From positions 1 to 46,538 of the IMG/VR virus record IMGVR_UViG_3300034777_000158: a stretch of 46,538 bases of DNA; one strand, given 5' to 3'. The position numbers and the translations under genes were made by a program. Under the pieces are notes generated by a model. The model worked only from the letters and a program-made list of their open reading frames with translations. It was not told the origin of the DNA and did not search any database. The stretch is from a virus (lineage: Duplodnaviria; Caudoviricetes). This document shows, piece by piece, positions 18,044-26,898 of this stretch (positions within the stretch are counted from its first letter, which is position 1; each line of letters begins with the position of its first letter).

Positions 18044-19815
18044 GAGGTGCGGATCTCCTCCATGCTCTGCGCTAAACAGAACTCGTTAATATCAGTACCT
18101 TCAACCTGGATCTCCCACTCCTGCGCAACAGCCGCAGGCATACGCATGATTGGCTCCCGTAAAGTACCGTTGCTGATACCACTAGGCACAGTAGTAGCTT
18201 GGGTATAAGTTGAGCCAGACTTGGTCAGGGTATAGTGGGCAAGCAATGTGCCATCGCCATATACTTTTACAGTCACTGGATATACATCTGCGTTGACTGA
18301 GACCCAACCCATAGACACCGGAGCGGGAGTCACGAACTTCTTACTCTTGAACTTGAGTGTATTGTTGGTTGAGCCGCCCTGGTACTTCTTGATCTTATTA
18401 CCAACGATGATGTACAGCTGTCCATCTTTAGGATTGCGGTAACCGCCACGTACATCTGTTGAGATATCTAATGTAGAAAGAGTAGCCTCACCCCCTCTTG
18501 GGTCATAAACCCAGCCGCCTGATGCGTGGAACGCAACATAGGTACCCTCATGTCTGAACGCGCGGTAGGTAGTCGGACTAAAGTCAGCGTTCCACTGCTT
18601 TACAGATATCATCCCATCAGTGACCACGGACCCCTGACTACTTTCAATAGCGCAAAGGCCATCTGGCCCTGCATAAAGAACATAGGAACCCATGTCCACG
18701 ACACTGTGTACGTTGACACATGCCTGTGCTAAATCTATACGGACCGCGGTCATTGCACTCGGTTCGGTGCCCGTGATGAAGTAAGGCTGCCCATCAGTCA
18801 GAGCGGCTACACCATTAGAGGTAGACGCGATTGCGACGATATCTTCTTCAGTCGTGATCCGGTATTGGATCGGCCAGGCATGTGGAAGGAACGGTTCGCT
18901 AAGACAGAACCGTTTGCCAGTAAAGCCAGCCATCGTGCCCTGGGCTAGTGGTATCAATCCTTGTAACGGTCCGTCAGGGTACAAACTAGTGTCATCATCA
19001 GGTGGGCCAATCCACGAATCACTTGGTAGCACCTCACCCAGTAGAGCGGGGTCCGTAGCAGCTCCGCTGACATAACTGCCAACGCCTCCAAGAGACATCA
19101 GCGCGAATAGGTCGGCCATATCGTCATCTGAAGTTGTTTCAGTTGCTATGGGAATTGCCTTTAAATACTGAAAAGCCGTTGCGCTGCTACCAGAGTTTGA
19201 TCTATAGATTCGTTTATAGCTGCCAGTGCCAAGATTATGGCCGCTCGCAAACATCTCGTTTGTAAGCTCCAAAGAAGCTGACCGACCCCCTGGCACCTCA
19301 AGAACAGCAGACGGGGGGCTAGGTGGACCCTCTCTACCATCAGCAGTTACGTACGTATACACGTACGATACGTCGTTGGGTGTCAGTGTTTCATCTGTTG
19401 CGCCAGAGTTCAAAGTCACCGTGGGCGCGGACGACGGAGCGGGAACCCCGAGCCGGTAGGAGTTATTCGGATATGACGAGCCGCTAACAATGGTGGTAGA
19501 CCAACCGATACGCGGGTAGTCATCGCCAGTAAAGTACAGGCGATCAGTTGTATCACCAGGTATAGGACCAGGGACGACATCTACCTCTTCGTTCCACTGG
19601 AGCCACACTGATGATGAGCTGCCATACTCGTACTTGTAGATACTTCTTCGAGTATCGTTGGCTAGCGTAAATTCGTCAGTGTCTGTCTTGGTAGATACGA
19701 GCCGACCAGACTCAAAGTCTATGTTCTCTGCTATCTGGCCAAACTGGTCTGCCAGGAGTCGTGGGCTGACTCCTGGTGCAATGCCTGCAAATCTGTCTCG
19801 TTTAAAATACGCCAT
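18040..19815 (-). CDS. Tail / virion structural protein (nozzle or stabilisation-like)
   Basis: SYVYTYV...EGPPSPPS, SEPFLPHAWP, beta-rich; lies upstream of the fibre gene. Confidence 0.65.
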   Translation of the reverse strand: MAYFKRDRFAGIAPGVSPRLLADQFGQIAENIDFESGRLVSTKTDTDEFTLANDTRRSIYKYEYGSSSSVWLQWNEEVDVVPGPIPGDTTDRLYFTGDDYPRIGWSTTIVSGSSYPNNSYRLGVPAPSSAPTVTLNSGATDETLTPNDVSYVYTYVTADGREGPPSPPSAVLEVPGGRSASLELTNEMFASGHNLGTGSYKRIYRSNSGSSATAFQYLKAIPIATETTSDDDMADLFALMSLGGVGSYVSGAATDPALLGEVLPSDSWIGPPDDDTSLYPDGPLQGLIPLAQGTMAGFTGKRFCLSEPFLPHAWPIQYRITTEEDIVAIASTSNGVAALTDGQPYFITGTEPSAMTAVRIDLAQACVNVHSVVDMGSYVLYAGPDGLCAIESSQGSVVTDGMISVKQWNADFSPTTYRAFRHEGTYVAFHASGGWVYDPRGGEATLSTLDISTDVRGGYRNPKDGQLYIIVGNKIKKYQGGSTNNTLKFKSKKFVTPAPVSMGWVSVNADVYPVTVKVYGDGTLLAHYTLTKSGSTYTQATTVPSGISNGTLREPIMRMPAAVAQEWEIQVEGTDINEFCLAQSMEEIRTS

Positions 19816-19841
19816 GCGTACCTCTGATTAAGTTGTTATTT

Positions 19842-19858
19842 TATTAGTTGCGCTAATA
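19842..19858. promoter_or_regulatory. Operator-like palindrome
   Basis: tattag ttgcg ctaata upstream of the tail gene. Confidence 0.7.
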
Positions 19859-19871
19859 TATAGCAACAGCA

Positions 19872-20399
19872 TTAAACGTAGTAAAAGTATGGGTCTTCTC
19901 TGTACGCCTCTAAAAATTTCGAGGATGTTGCCAGATGTGACCCTACAACTTCTGGCACTATTTTATAAATTGTTACTGCGGTGCGTTGTCCAGGTATCCT
20001 CGAAACGCTGTGAGGAACAGCAGAGCAGTGGAAGTACCATTGGTTTAATTCATAAGTAACGGCCTCTGCTATTTCACTATTCGCGTCGTCTTTCCATCGA
20101 GTGACCGCCCCTGCACCGTATAGGGTGTAGTTGTAAGACCACTTTCTCAGCGCGTCTGTGTGAAAATCCGCGTAGTTGGTGTCAAAGCGCTGTATGGTGA
20201 CCACCCAATCGTCATCTATTTCAATGGGAATATTTACAATGACCCATTCGCGCAATGACCAAGGAGCTTTCAGCATCGAAAAAGGCTCTTTTTTTGATGC
20301 TGAAATGGCTCTTTCGGAAGACAAAGACCATTCTTTAAGTTCAGTAGCCATCTGGTCGGGAAAAGAAGGCCACTTTTTCTTCTTGTAATACTTACTCAT
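19872..20399 (-). CDS. Putative 2OG-Fe(II) oxygenase / cupin-fold protein
   Basis: FHTD...PHSV...R: HxD..H triad plus a distal Arg. Confidence 0.45.
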   Translation of the reverse strand: MSKYYKKKKWPSFPDQMATELKEWSLSSERAISASKKEPFSMLKAPWSLREWVIVNIPIEIDDDWVVTIQRFDTNYADFHTDALRKWSYNYTLYGAGAVTRWKDDANSEIAEAVTYELNQWYFHCSAVPHSVSRIPGQRTAVTIYKIVPEVVGSHLATSSKFLEAYREDPYFYYV

Positions 20400-21078
20400 T
20401 TAGCGGCTTTACTGAGTTGTAGAACGCTGTGTCGTTGGCAAAGTACAGCTTCATTTTTTCATAGCAGTCCGATGGCAACCAAGTTTCTGCTGGCCGCCTA
20501 AATTCTCTAGGTGTACCATTCTGATTCATCTGTATATTAGGTAAATTAATAGAGACAGTTTTTCCAAGGGTCTCACTAAGAATCTTGTTTGTAGCCGCTT
20601 CAACATCTTCAAACCTATATGCTTCAACGACTTTGTTTTCGTTGTAGTAGAAAAATTGTTCGTAGCTGAATGGCCGCTCAACACGCTGGCCAACGAACAT
20701 GCGTCCAGCAAAAGGCATCTGTGATTTCCCTCGCACCAAATTGCATATCTGAGTAAATGCATCCTCTTTTGGGTCGAGTACCTTAGTAAATCTTGCTAAA
20801 AATATACTCGATACCCACCTTTCAAATGGTTCGCGAACAAAGGCAAAGGCTCTTGACTCATTAAGCTCATCCGCACTAATCACGCCTGTTTCTACTAAAA
20901 CAGACGGCATCATGTGGTAGTCCCTTATGTTGTTAAAATCTATTGGTGAGCTAAGAGAACGAACTATGTCCGTTTCATCCGCTATCTCAGAATTTACTAG
21001 CGCGCGTTGTACAGAGTTAGATGCGGTGCGAGGGACTGCGATAAACAATAATTTGTGTTTCTTTGAAAAATACATCAA
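20392..21078 (-). CDS. Sulfotransferase family 2-like protein
   Basis: LLFIAVPRTASNSV (5'-PSB loop), FVREPFERWVS (3'-PB), YRFE, YFAND. Confidence 0.8.
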   Translation of the reverse strand: MMYFSKKHKLLFIAVPRTASNSVQRALVNSEIADETDIVRSLSSPIDFNNIRDYHMMPSVLVETGVISADELNESRAFAFVREPFERWVSSIFLARFTKVLDPKEDAFTQICNLVRGKSQMPFAGRMFVGQRVERPFSYEQFFYYNENKVVEAYRFEDVEAATNKILSETLGKTVSINLPNIQMNQNGTPREFRRPAETWLPSDCYEKMKLYFANDTAFYNSVKPLNE

Positions 21079-21653
21079 GGCGCTCCTGTGGTGTCTGCGT
21101 ACCCGTCTCTAACAAGAGCTTTGGGCGTAAGTTTGCGTATCAAGTCTTCTTGTTTAGGTCCAACAGTTTCCCCTTTCCAGCGGGCGGCGACCGTTGTAGG
21201 TGTTAAGCCATCTTTCCATTTTTGAAAAGCTAGTAGCCCAAACCCAGTGTCCAAACCGCTTTTCTCTTTAAAATTTTGTCCCGCGCCGTGACTCTCGCCT
21301 TGATACAACGTGGTTGAAGCCTCCTGTCGAGAGGTTTTTATCACGCTGCCTTCATGTGCAAGAAAAGTATCTAGGCGCATTTTTATAACTTCTACGTCTG
21401 GATGCTCGTGCCTCGGTAGGTTGGGCGAAGGGTGTATAAGATAAAGCTCGACTTGGAACTGACCATATCTAAACAAAGCAAAAGATGTAGCGTCATCGCT
21501 AAGATTAACCGTTTCGCTTGGTGGAGCTAATGGGCAGCCACTATCTGCCCACCATTTTGCAAACTCACGGACTGACTGCCATTCAGGTATCTCCACACCC
21601 TCGAGAGGGTTAGGCATCAGAAAACCGGCTGTCTTTTTCCCTAGCTTTATCAC
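21075..21653 (-). CDS. Cupin-like protein
   Basis: PRHEHPDVE...HG metal-binding pattern. Confidence 0.5.
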   Translation of the reverse strand: MIKLGKKTAGFLMPNPLEGVEIPEWQSVREFAKWWADSGCPLAPPSETVNLSDDATSFALFRYGQFQVELYLIHPSPNLPRHEHPDVEVIKMRLDTFLAHEGSVIKTSRQEASTTLYQGESHGAGQNFKEKSGLDTGFGLLAFQKWKDGLTPTTVAARWKGETVGPKQEDLIRKLTPKALVRDGYADTTGAP

Positions 21654-21655
21654 GT

Positions 21656-22015
21656 TTAGGACTCCGCTAGCAGGTCTATATCTTTTTCTACGAATGTTGC
21701 ATTATCTATTCGCTTTGCTAAGTCATCCGCATGGCCGCCCTCAAGCAATGAATCTAAAAATCTTGACCCGCCTTGTTTATCAAGCGCCCACTGTAAAATT
21801 TGTGTTTGGGTTACGGCTTCATAAGGGGTATATGTATCCGCAGATATGGCGTCTACATCTAAGTATGTTTCTATCAACCCCTTGCTTTTTATGTCAGGGT
21901 TATCCGTATCGAAAAAAGAAACCGACCAAAGAACTCTTTTTACAACATCAGTAAAAGTGTCCTGCGAAGCGATAACATATACCTCACCTAATTCCATCTC
22001 GTAATCAATATTCAT
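21656..22015 (-). CDS. Hypothetical (fibre-associated-type) protein
   Basis: DVVKRVLW...YTPYEAVTQTQILQW; ATGA coupled. Confidence 0.55.
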   Translation of the reverse strand: MNIDYEMELGEVYVIASQDTFTDVVKRVLWSVSFFDTDNPDIKSKGLIETYLDVDAISADTYTPYEAVTQTQILQWALDKQGGSRFLDSLLEGGHADDLAKRIDNATFVEKDIDLLAES

Positions 22016-22734
22016 TGTGATATTCCTATTGGTAAATTTTGAGCTAACCCTTTTCTGAGTTTTGCTGCTCGTTTAAGTGTTTTAGCGGCGACCGCTTCAA
22101 CCTTTTGTTTAGCTGACTCAGGCATACCTTCAGTAAGTCCCAAAGCAGCTTCTAATCGGTAAGCAAACATTTCGTTCCCGTTTGCCGTACCGCGTTCGTA
22201 GATAGGCACGTAGTTCATTACGGATGCCTGTTCACCTAGCATTCCGTAATCCATCGCTATCTTTGCGCTGATAGCTTTGGGAATGATCGAGTCACATTTG
22301 TGGTTCATGTGCCGCGGCATTCTTAGCCTTTTTACTTTTGCCAGAACCCCTGCATCTGTTGCCGGTGTCCGTATCCAACGTTTCGGATTTATAATAAAGA
22401 TCGATAAATCCAGAGATTTCTTATTGAGGCCGCTGCCTATCAATCCATATATATGTCTATTCGGACGGCTATCTGTAAACACGCCTTCACGGCTTACACA
22501 TATGTCGTACTGCTCAAGCAGTTCCCGTTCGGGTAGGTCACCATCTTGGATGTCCAATATGATGCCGCTCTTTACTACCAGGCAAAGCTCCTCGGAATTT
22601 CGCAAAGCTGTCGGTATATACCCACCCTGATAGGGAACGACTTTGTATTCCCAATCAGGCATATTCTGCTGAATGCTGTTAACCGTTAGCGCGGTCAGCT
22701 TGTTGCACTCGACCACTAAAATTTTTAGGCGCAA
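22012..22734 (-). CDS. Putative glycosyltransferase-like protein (divergent GT-A)
   Basis: ILVV...LTVNSI...; LSIFIINPKRW resembles the GT8 core; AGGAGG RBS before TTG 22734; no clear DxD. Confidence 0.4.
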   Translation of the reverse strand: MRLKILVVECNKLTALTVNSIQQNMPDWEYKVVPYQGGYIPTALRNSEELCLVVKSGIILDIQDGDLPERELLEQYDICVSREGVFTDSRPNRHIYGLIGSGLNKKSLDLSIFIINPKRWIRTPATDAGVLAKVKRLRMPRHMNHKCDSIIPKAISAKIAMDYGMLGEQASVMNYVPIYERGTANGNEMFAYRLEAALGLTEGMPESAKQKVEAVAAKTLKRAAKLRKGLAQNLPIGISQ

Positions 22735-23578
22735 CGTGCTCCTCCTGAAGGTATTGCTTAAAAAACCGATCAATCCGCTCGGACGGATTTTCGATACTTG
22801 CAGGGATAAGCCCTGAATCTTTACAAGATAAGATTGCCTTCAACTTGTTTTGCTGAAGCTGATCTTTATCCAGTAACGCTCTGTATATGGCGCTATAGGT
22901 ACACCACGCATCGTCCTGTCCAAACCTGTACACCGTCTTACCTTTAGCAAGTGCGGCTATGCCCATCTCGCTGTTATCGCAGCACCCGACAATAGAGGCG
23001 TTGTTAAGTATTTCCTGGCCGCTCGCTTTCTTTTCAATAACTCTGTCAGCGCCATATTTATGCATTAAATGCTCATACGCTGGTGCCGCTGTTAGGGGGT
23101 GGCACTTGAGCTTCGCCCCTTGACTCATTGCGTTGTCGATGCGTCCCCAATTAACAACTTTGTCGAGGATGTTTGTCCCAGGTAAAAAGATAACGAAGTC
23201 TTCTTTTATACCCTTGGCCCTAAGCCTGTACTTGTCGCCACTGTTGTCCGCTATCTCTCTAAACAAGCGCTCGCCTTCTTCAGTGATATCTGCCTTAGCG
23301 GCTTTTTGCATGGCAGCGGATGCCCTGATACGGCTAGCAACGCGCAGGTATAGAAACTGAGCCAGCACGTCTGTATACACATACCCGTGGATACGCTTAT
23401 CTTCACCAAAGTCATACCAAATGTCGTACTCAACTTTCGTACCGTTGGTCGATTTATCTGGCATCAAGGACTTCAACTGCGTCAGGCGGTCGTTGTCTTT
23501 GCTACGTAACACGTTCCCAGATTTAAAAAAGTGAGCTACTGGATTACCCAGTTCCTCGTTATCCGCTAGCTTCTTCAA
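22679..23578 (-). CDS. Capsule polysaccharide biosynthesis (KpsC/KpsS-like) GT-B protein
   Basis: LKCHP...ILNNASIVGCCDNSEMGIAALAKGKTVYRFG fits the KxHP...NS.G.EAL..GK.V...G pattern. Confidence 0.6.
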   Translation of the reverse strand: MKKLADNEELGNPVAHFFKSGNVLRSKDNDRLTQLKSLMPDKSTNGTKVEYDIWYDFGEDKRIHGYVYTDVLAQFLYLRVASRIRASAAMQKAAKADITEEGERLFREIADNSGDKYRLRAKGIKEDFVIFLPGTNILDKVVNWGRIDNAMSQGAKLKCHPLTAAPAYEHLMHKYGADRVIEKKASGQEILNNASIVGCCDNSEMGIAALAKGKTVYRFGQDDAWCTYSAIYRALLDKDQLQQNKLKAILSCKDSGLIPASIENPSERIDRFFKQYLQEEHVAPKNFSGRVQQADRANG

Positions 23579-23702
23579 GTGCTCTCCTAAGTCTTTCCAC
23601 CTCGTCCTCGAGGTTCGTGATTCGATCTTCTGTTTCGCTAAAATGCTCCATAATTACTTCAAGAGCGTTTTCTAGTTTTCCGTTAATATCCGAAAAGTTC
23701 AT
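23559..23702 (-). CDS. 47-aa coiled-coil protein
   Basis: MNFSDINGKLENALEVIMEHFSETEDRITNLEDEVERLRRALEEASG; TAATG-coupled to the Thr-rich gene. Confidence 0.6.
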   Translation of the reverse strand: MNFSDINGKLENALEVIMEHFSETEDRITNLEDEVERLRRALEEASG

Positions 23703-26700
23703 TAGTCTTCCGTCCATTGCGAACCGTCCCAATAACGACCGTTATGCGCGCTGCCGCTAGTTACTTCGGTTTGGTTTCCAGTAGCTGTAAGGCGCTCGTA
23801 AACAACCGTCGATGTGTTTCTGTTAGTCGTTGTTGCTCTACTAGTGCCCGTTAGGTGGTTAGTAGAACGGTTAGTTGTTGTGTCGAACGAAGTCGTGAAT
23901 GCAGTAGTCGTCGCGCGGTTTGTGTTCGTATTGAACGCAGTCGTATAGCTAGTAGTCGTTGCGTTGCTGGTATTTGTGTTAAACGCGGTAGTCGTAGATT
24001 TACTTGTGCCATGCGATGTACCAGTAGCATACGCAGTAGTCGTAGACTTACTTGTGCCATGTGACGTACCAGTGGCATACGTAGTAGTTGTGCCTCTGCT
24101 AGTTCCGTGTGAAGTACCAGTCGCATACGTAGTAGTTGTACCTCTGCTAGTACCGCGAGATGTACCAGTAGCAGTCAGATATGCAGTAGTCGTGGACTTG
24201 CTAGTACCGTGTGAAGTGCCAGTGGCATAGGTAGTAGTCGTGGACTTGCTAGTACCGTGTGAAGTGCCAGTCGCAGTCAGATATCCAGTAGTCGTGGACT
24301 TACTAGTACCATGCGACGTGCCAGTTGCAGTCAGATACGAGGTGGTTGTAGATTTACTGGTGCCTCTACTAGTGTTTGTATTAAATGCAGTCGTGTAGGC
24401 AGTAGTAGTAGCTTTGCTAGTGTTTGTATTAAACGCCGTAGTGAATGCAGTCGTAGTCGCTCTGCTGGTGTTTGTATTAAACGCTGTAGTCGTTGACTTG
24501 CTAGTTCCACGCGACGTGCCAGTTGCAAACGCCGTAGTAGTGCCTCTGCTAGTGCCGTGCGACGTGCCGGTTGCAAACGCGGTAGTGGTGGACTTACTAG
24601 TACCATGCGAGGTACCAAACGTAGTCGTATATGCAGTAGTCGTAGACTTGCTCGTGCCATGACTTGTGTTCGTGTTGAACGCAGTAGTTGTGCCTCTGCT
24701 CGTGCCGTGAGATGTACCAAACGTAGTCGTATACGCAGTAGTCGTTGACTTACTAGTACCACGGCTTGTATTTGTATTAAACGCTGTGGTCGTTGAATGG
24801 CTAGTACCACGGCTAGTGTTGGTGTTAAACGCGGTAGTCGTAGACTTGCTAGTGCCGTGCGAAGTGTTGTAGCCAGTCGTGTATGACGTGGTCGTAGACT
24901 TGCTAGTGCCATGAGACGTGTTATAGCTAGTCGTGTATGACGTGGTCGTAGATTTACTGGTGCCATGCGACGTGTTGTAGCTAGTCGTATAACTAGTAGT
25001 TGTTGCCTTGCTCGTACCGCGGAAAGTACCAACTGCAGTCGCCGCCATGTAAGCAGTTATCGTATCGTTCGACGTTTCGTAAGTGGTGGTGTAGCTGGTC
25101 GTGGTTGATTTCGAAGTCGTCCGTGAATAAGAAGCTGGTTGGCCTCTGTAAATGCCGTAATTAAAATTTGTAAAAGTGCCTGCGTACTGATCGTACCCAG
25201 TGGACGTAGAGACTAGGGTGCCTCTGTAATAAGTCCATCCACTTTCAGTGTATGACGTAGCGTTTTCCGACCAACCGTCAACACCAGAGAGGGAAACAAG
25301 TGACCCACTCCAATAAACATAAGCACCGAATAGGCTCTTTTGCCAGAGTTCCGAAAAAGGGTAACTAGTATCGGCGTACTGCCCAGAGCTAGGCTGACGA
25401 TTGTTTATCTGAGACCAGCTAGTGGTATACGAGGTCGTTGTAGACTTACTAGTGCCACGCGACGCGTTGTAGCTGGTAGACGTCCAACGAATTTTCTGCG
25501 TATCTCGGCTTGTGTTGTAGTTCGTTGTGAAATGAGTAGTCGTTGACTTGCTAGTACCGTGACTAGTCCCATAAGTTGTTGTGTAACTAGTCGTAGTCGC
25601 TTTACTTGTGCCGTGAGAGGTTCCATACGTTGTCGTGTAACTGGTCGTAGTCGCTTTACTTGTGCCGTGGCTCGTTCCGTACGTCGTCGTGTAACTAGTC
25701 GTAGTCGCTCTGGACGTACCAGTAGCAAACGTTGTTGTGTAACTGGTCGTAGTCGCCCTGGATGTGCCGGTAGCAAAAGTCGTGGTGTAACTAGTAGTAG
25801 TGGCGTGAGACGTCCCACGGCTTGTGTTGTAGCTAGTCGTGTAAGCAGTAGTTGTCGCTCTGGACGTGCCAGTGGCGTAAGTCGTCGTATAACTAGTAGT
25901 AGTGCCGTGTGACGTTCCGCGGCTGGTATTGTAAGCCGTGGTGTAGGCAGTAGTTGTCGCGCGGCTGGTAGTGGTGTCGTAAGCCGTGGTGTAGGCAGTA
26001 GTTGTCCCACGGCTGGTCGTGGTATTGAAAGCCGTAGTGTAACTGGTCGTAGTTGCCTTCGACGTACCAGTAGCAAAAGTTGTCGTAGTAGAACGGCTGG
26101 TTCCTCGAGAGGTACCAGTAGCAAAAGTTGTCGTCGTAGAGTGACTTGTTCCGCGAGAAGTGCCAGTAGCAAACGTTGTCGTATAGCTAGTTGTAGTAGC
26201 GTGCGACGTGCCTTTTGTTGTGTCGTATGCCGTGGTGTAGGCAGTAGTTGTCGCGTGCGACGTGCCTTTTGTCGTGTTGTACGACGTAGTGTAACTAGTT
26301 GTTGTCGCGTGATTTGTATTAGTGTTGTACGACGTAGTGTAACTAGTTGTAGTAGCGTGCGACGTACCTTTTGTCGTGTTGTACGAAGTAGTGTAGCTAG
26401 TTGTAGTAGCGTGGTTGGTGTTCGTGTTGTACGACGTAGTAAAGCTAGTCGTCGTCGCGTGGTTTGTATTTGTGTTATACGACGTAGTGTAGCTAGTTGT
26501 AGTAGCGTGATTAGTAGTAGTGTCGTACGCAGTAGTGTAGCTAGTAGTAGTTGCTCTAGAAGTACCAGTTGCAAAAGTTGTAGTAGTAGAGTGGCTAGTA
26601 CCACGAGAAGTGCCAGTAGCAAAAGTTGTGGTAGTTGAGCGGCTAGTACCACGGGAAGTGCCCGTCGCGAACGCAGTGTTATACGTAGTCGTTGTGTTAA

Positions 26701-26890
26701 ACGCTGTGGTAGTAGAGAACGCTGTAGTAGTACTACGACTTGTGCCGTAGACCGCGTTCCATACAGTTGCCAGCGTACCGTTGTTATTAGCCACTACATA
26801 GTTAACGCCGTAAAGCGTACCCAGGTCTCCTTTTACAAAGATCTGAGCAGGCTCTTTTAGGGTGCCACTGTCGTTAACTTTAATAGTCAT
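23702..26890 (-). CDS. Thr/Ser-rich mirror-repeat fibre protein
   Basis: Long open frame of even-length TTT-anchored repeats around a unique central domain; likely start MTIKV at 26890. Confidence 0.85.
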   Translation of the reverse strand: MTIKVNDSGTLKEPAQIFVKGDLGTLYGVNYVVANNNGTLATVWNAVYGTSRSTTTAFSTTTAFNTTTTYNTAFATGTSRGTSRSTTTTFATGTSRGTSHSTTTTFATGTSRATTTSYTTAYDTTTNHATTTSYTTSYNTNTNHATTTSFTTSYNTNTNHATTTSYTTSYNTTKGTSHATTTSYTTSYNTNTNHATTTSYTTSYNTTKGTSHATTTAYTTAYDTTKGTSHATTTSYTTTFATGTSRGTSHSTTTTFATGTSRGTSRSTTTTFATGTSKATTTSYTTAFNTTTSRGTTTAYTTAYDTTTSRATTTAYTTAYNTSRGTSHGTTTSYTTTYATGTSRATTTAYTTSYNTSRGTSHATTTSYTTTFATGTSRATTTSYTTTFATGTSRATTTSYTTTYGTSHGTSKATTTSYTTTYGTSHGTSKATTTSYTTTYGTSHGTSKSTTTHFTTNYNTSRDTQKIRWTSTSYNASRGTSKSTTTSYTTSWSQINNRQPSSGQYADTSYPFSELWQKSLFGAYVYWSGSLVSLSGVDGWSENATSYTESGWTYYRGTLVSTSTGYDQYAGTFTNFNYGIYRGQPASYSRTTSKSTTTSYTTTYETSNDTITAYMAATAVGTFRGTSKATTTSYTTSYNTSHGTSKSTTTSYTTSYNTSHGTSKSTTTSYTTGYNTSHGTSKSTTTAFNTNTSRGTSHSTTTAFNTNTSRGTSKSTTTAYTTTFGTSHGTSRGTTTAFNTNTSHGTSKSTTTAYTTTFGTSHGTSKSTTTAFATGTSHGTSRGTTTAFATGTSRGTSKSTTTAFNTNTSRATTTAFTTAFNTNTSKATTTAYTTAFNTNTSRGTSKSTTTSYLTATGTSHGTSKSTTTGYLTATGTSHGTSKSTTTTYATGTSHGTSKSTTTAYLTATGTSRGTSRGTTTTYATGTSHGTSRGTTTTYATGTSHGTSKSTTTAYATGTSHGTSKSTTTAFNTNTSNATTTSYTTAFNTNTNRATTTAFTTSFDTTTNRSTNHLTGTSRATTTNRNTSTVVYERLTATGNQTEVTSGSAHNGRYWDGSQWTED
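23852..25105 (-). repeat. C-terminal repeat arm (24 units, 418 aa), mirror of the N arm
   Basis: Unit lengths 34,18,18,18,16,16,18,16,18,16,16,12,16,20,18,18,16,18,16,16,16,12,16,20. Confidence 0.9.
25442..26695 (-). repeat. N-terminal repeat arm (24 units, 418 aa)
   Basis: Unit lengths 20,16,12,16,16,16,18,16,18,18,20,16,12,16,16,18,16,18,16,16,18,18,18,34. Confidence 0.9.
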
Positions 26891-26898
26891 GGCTGGCC

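Noticed and set aside
23851-26652. Alternative-frame and antisense ORFs (Val-rich, Leu/Arg-rich) over the Thr-rich gene
   Set aside because: By-products of low-complexity codons that lack stops; no RBS or motifs
23852-26695. CRISPR array or DNA inverted repeat
   Set aside because: Repeats are in-frame and synonymously diverged, with no spacers. The mirror symmetry is at the protein level; I saw no long reverse-complement DNA match by eye.
23702-26890. Ice-nucleation / antifreeze protein
   Set aside because: No InaZ AGYGST repeats, and variable mirrored unit lengths do not suit a uniform TxT solenoid. Ice binding is not strictly excluded.
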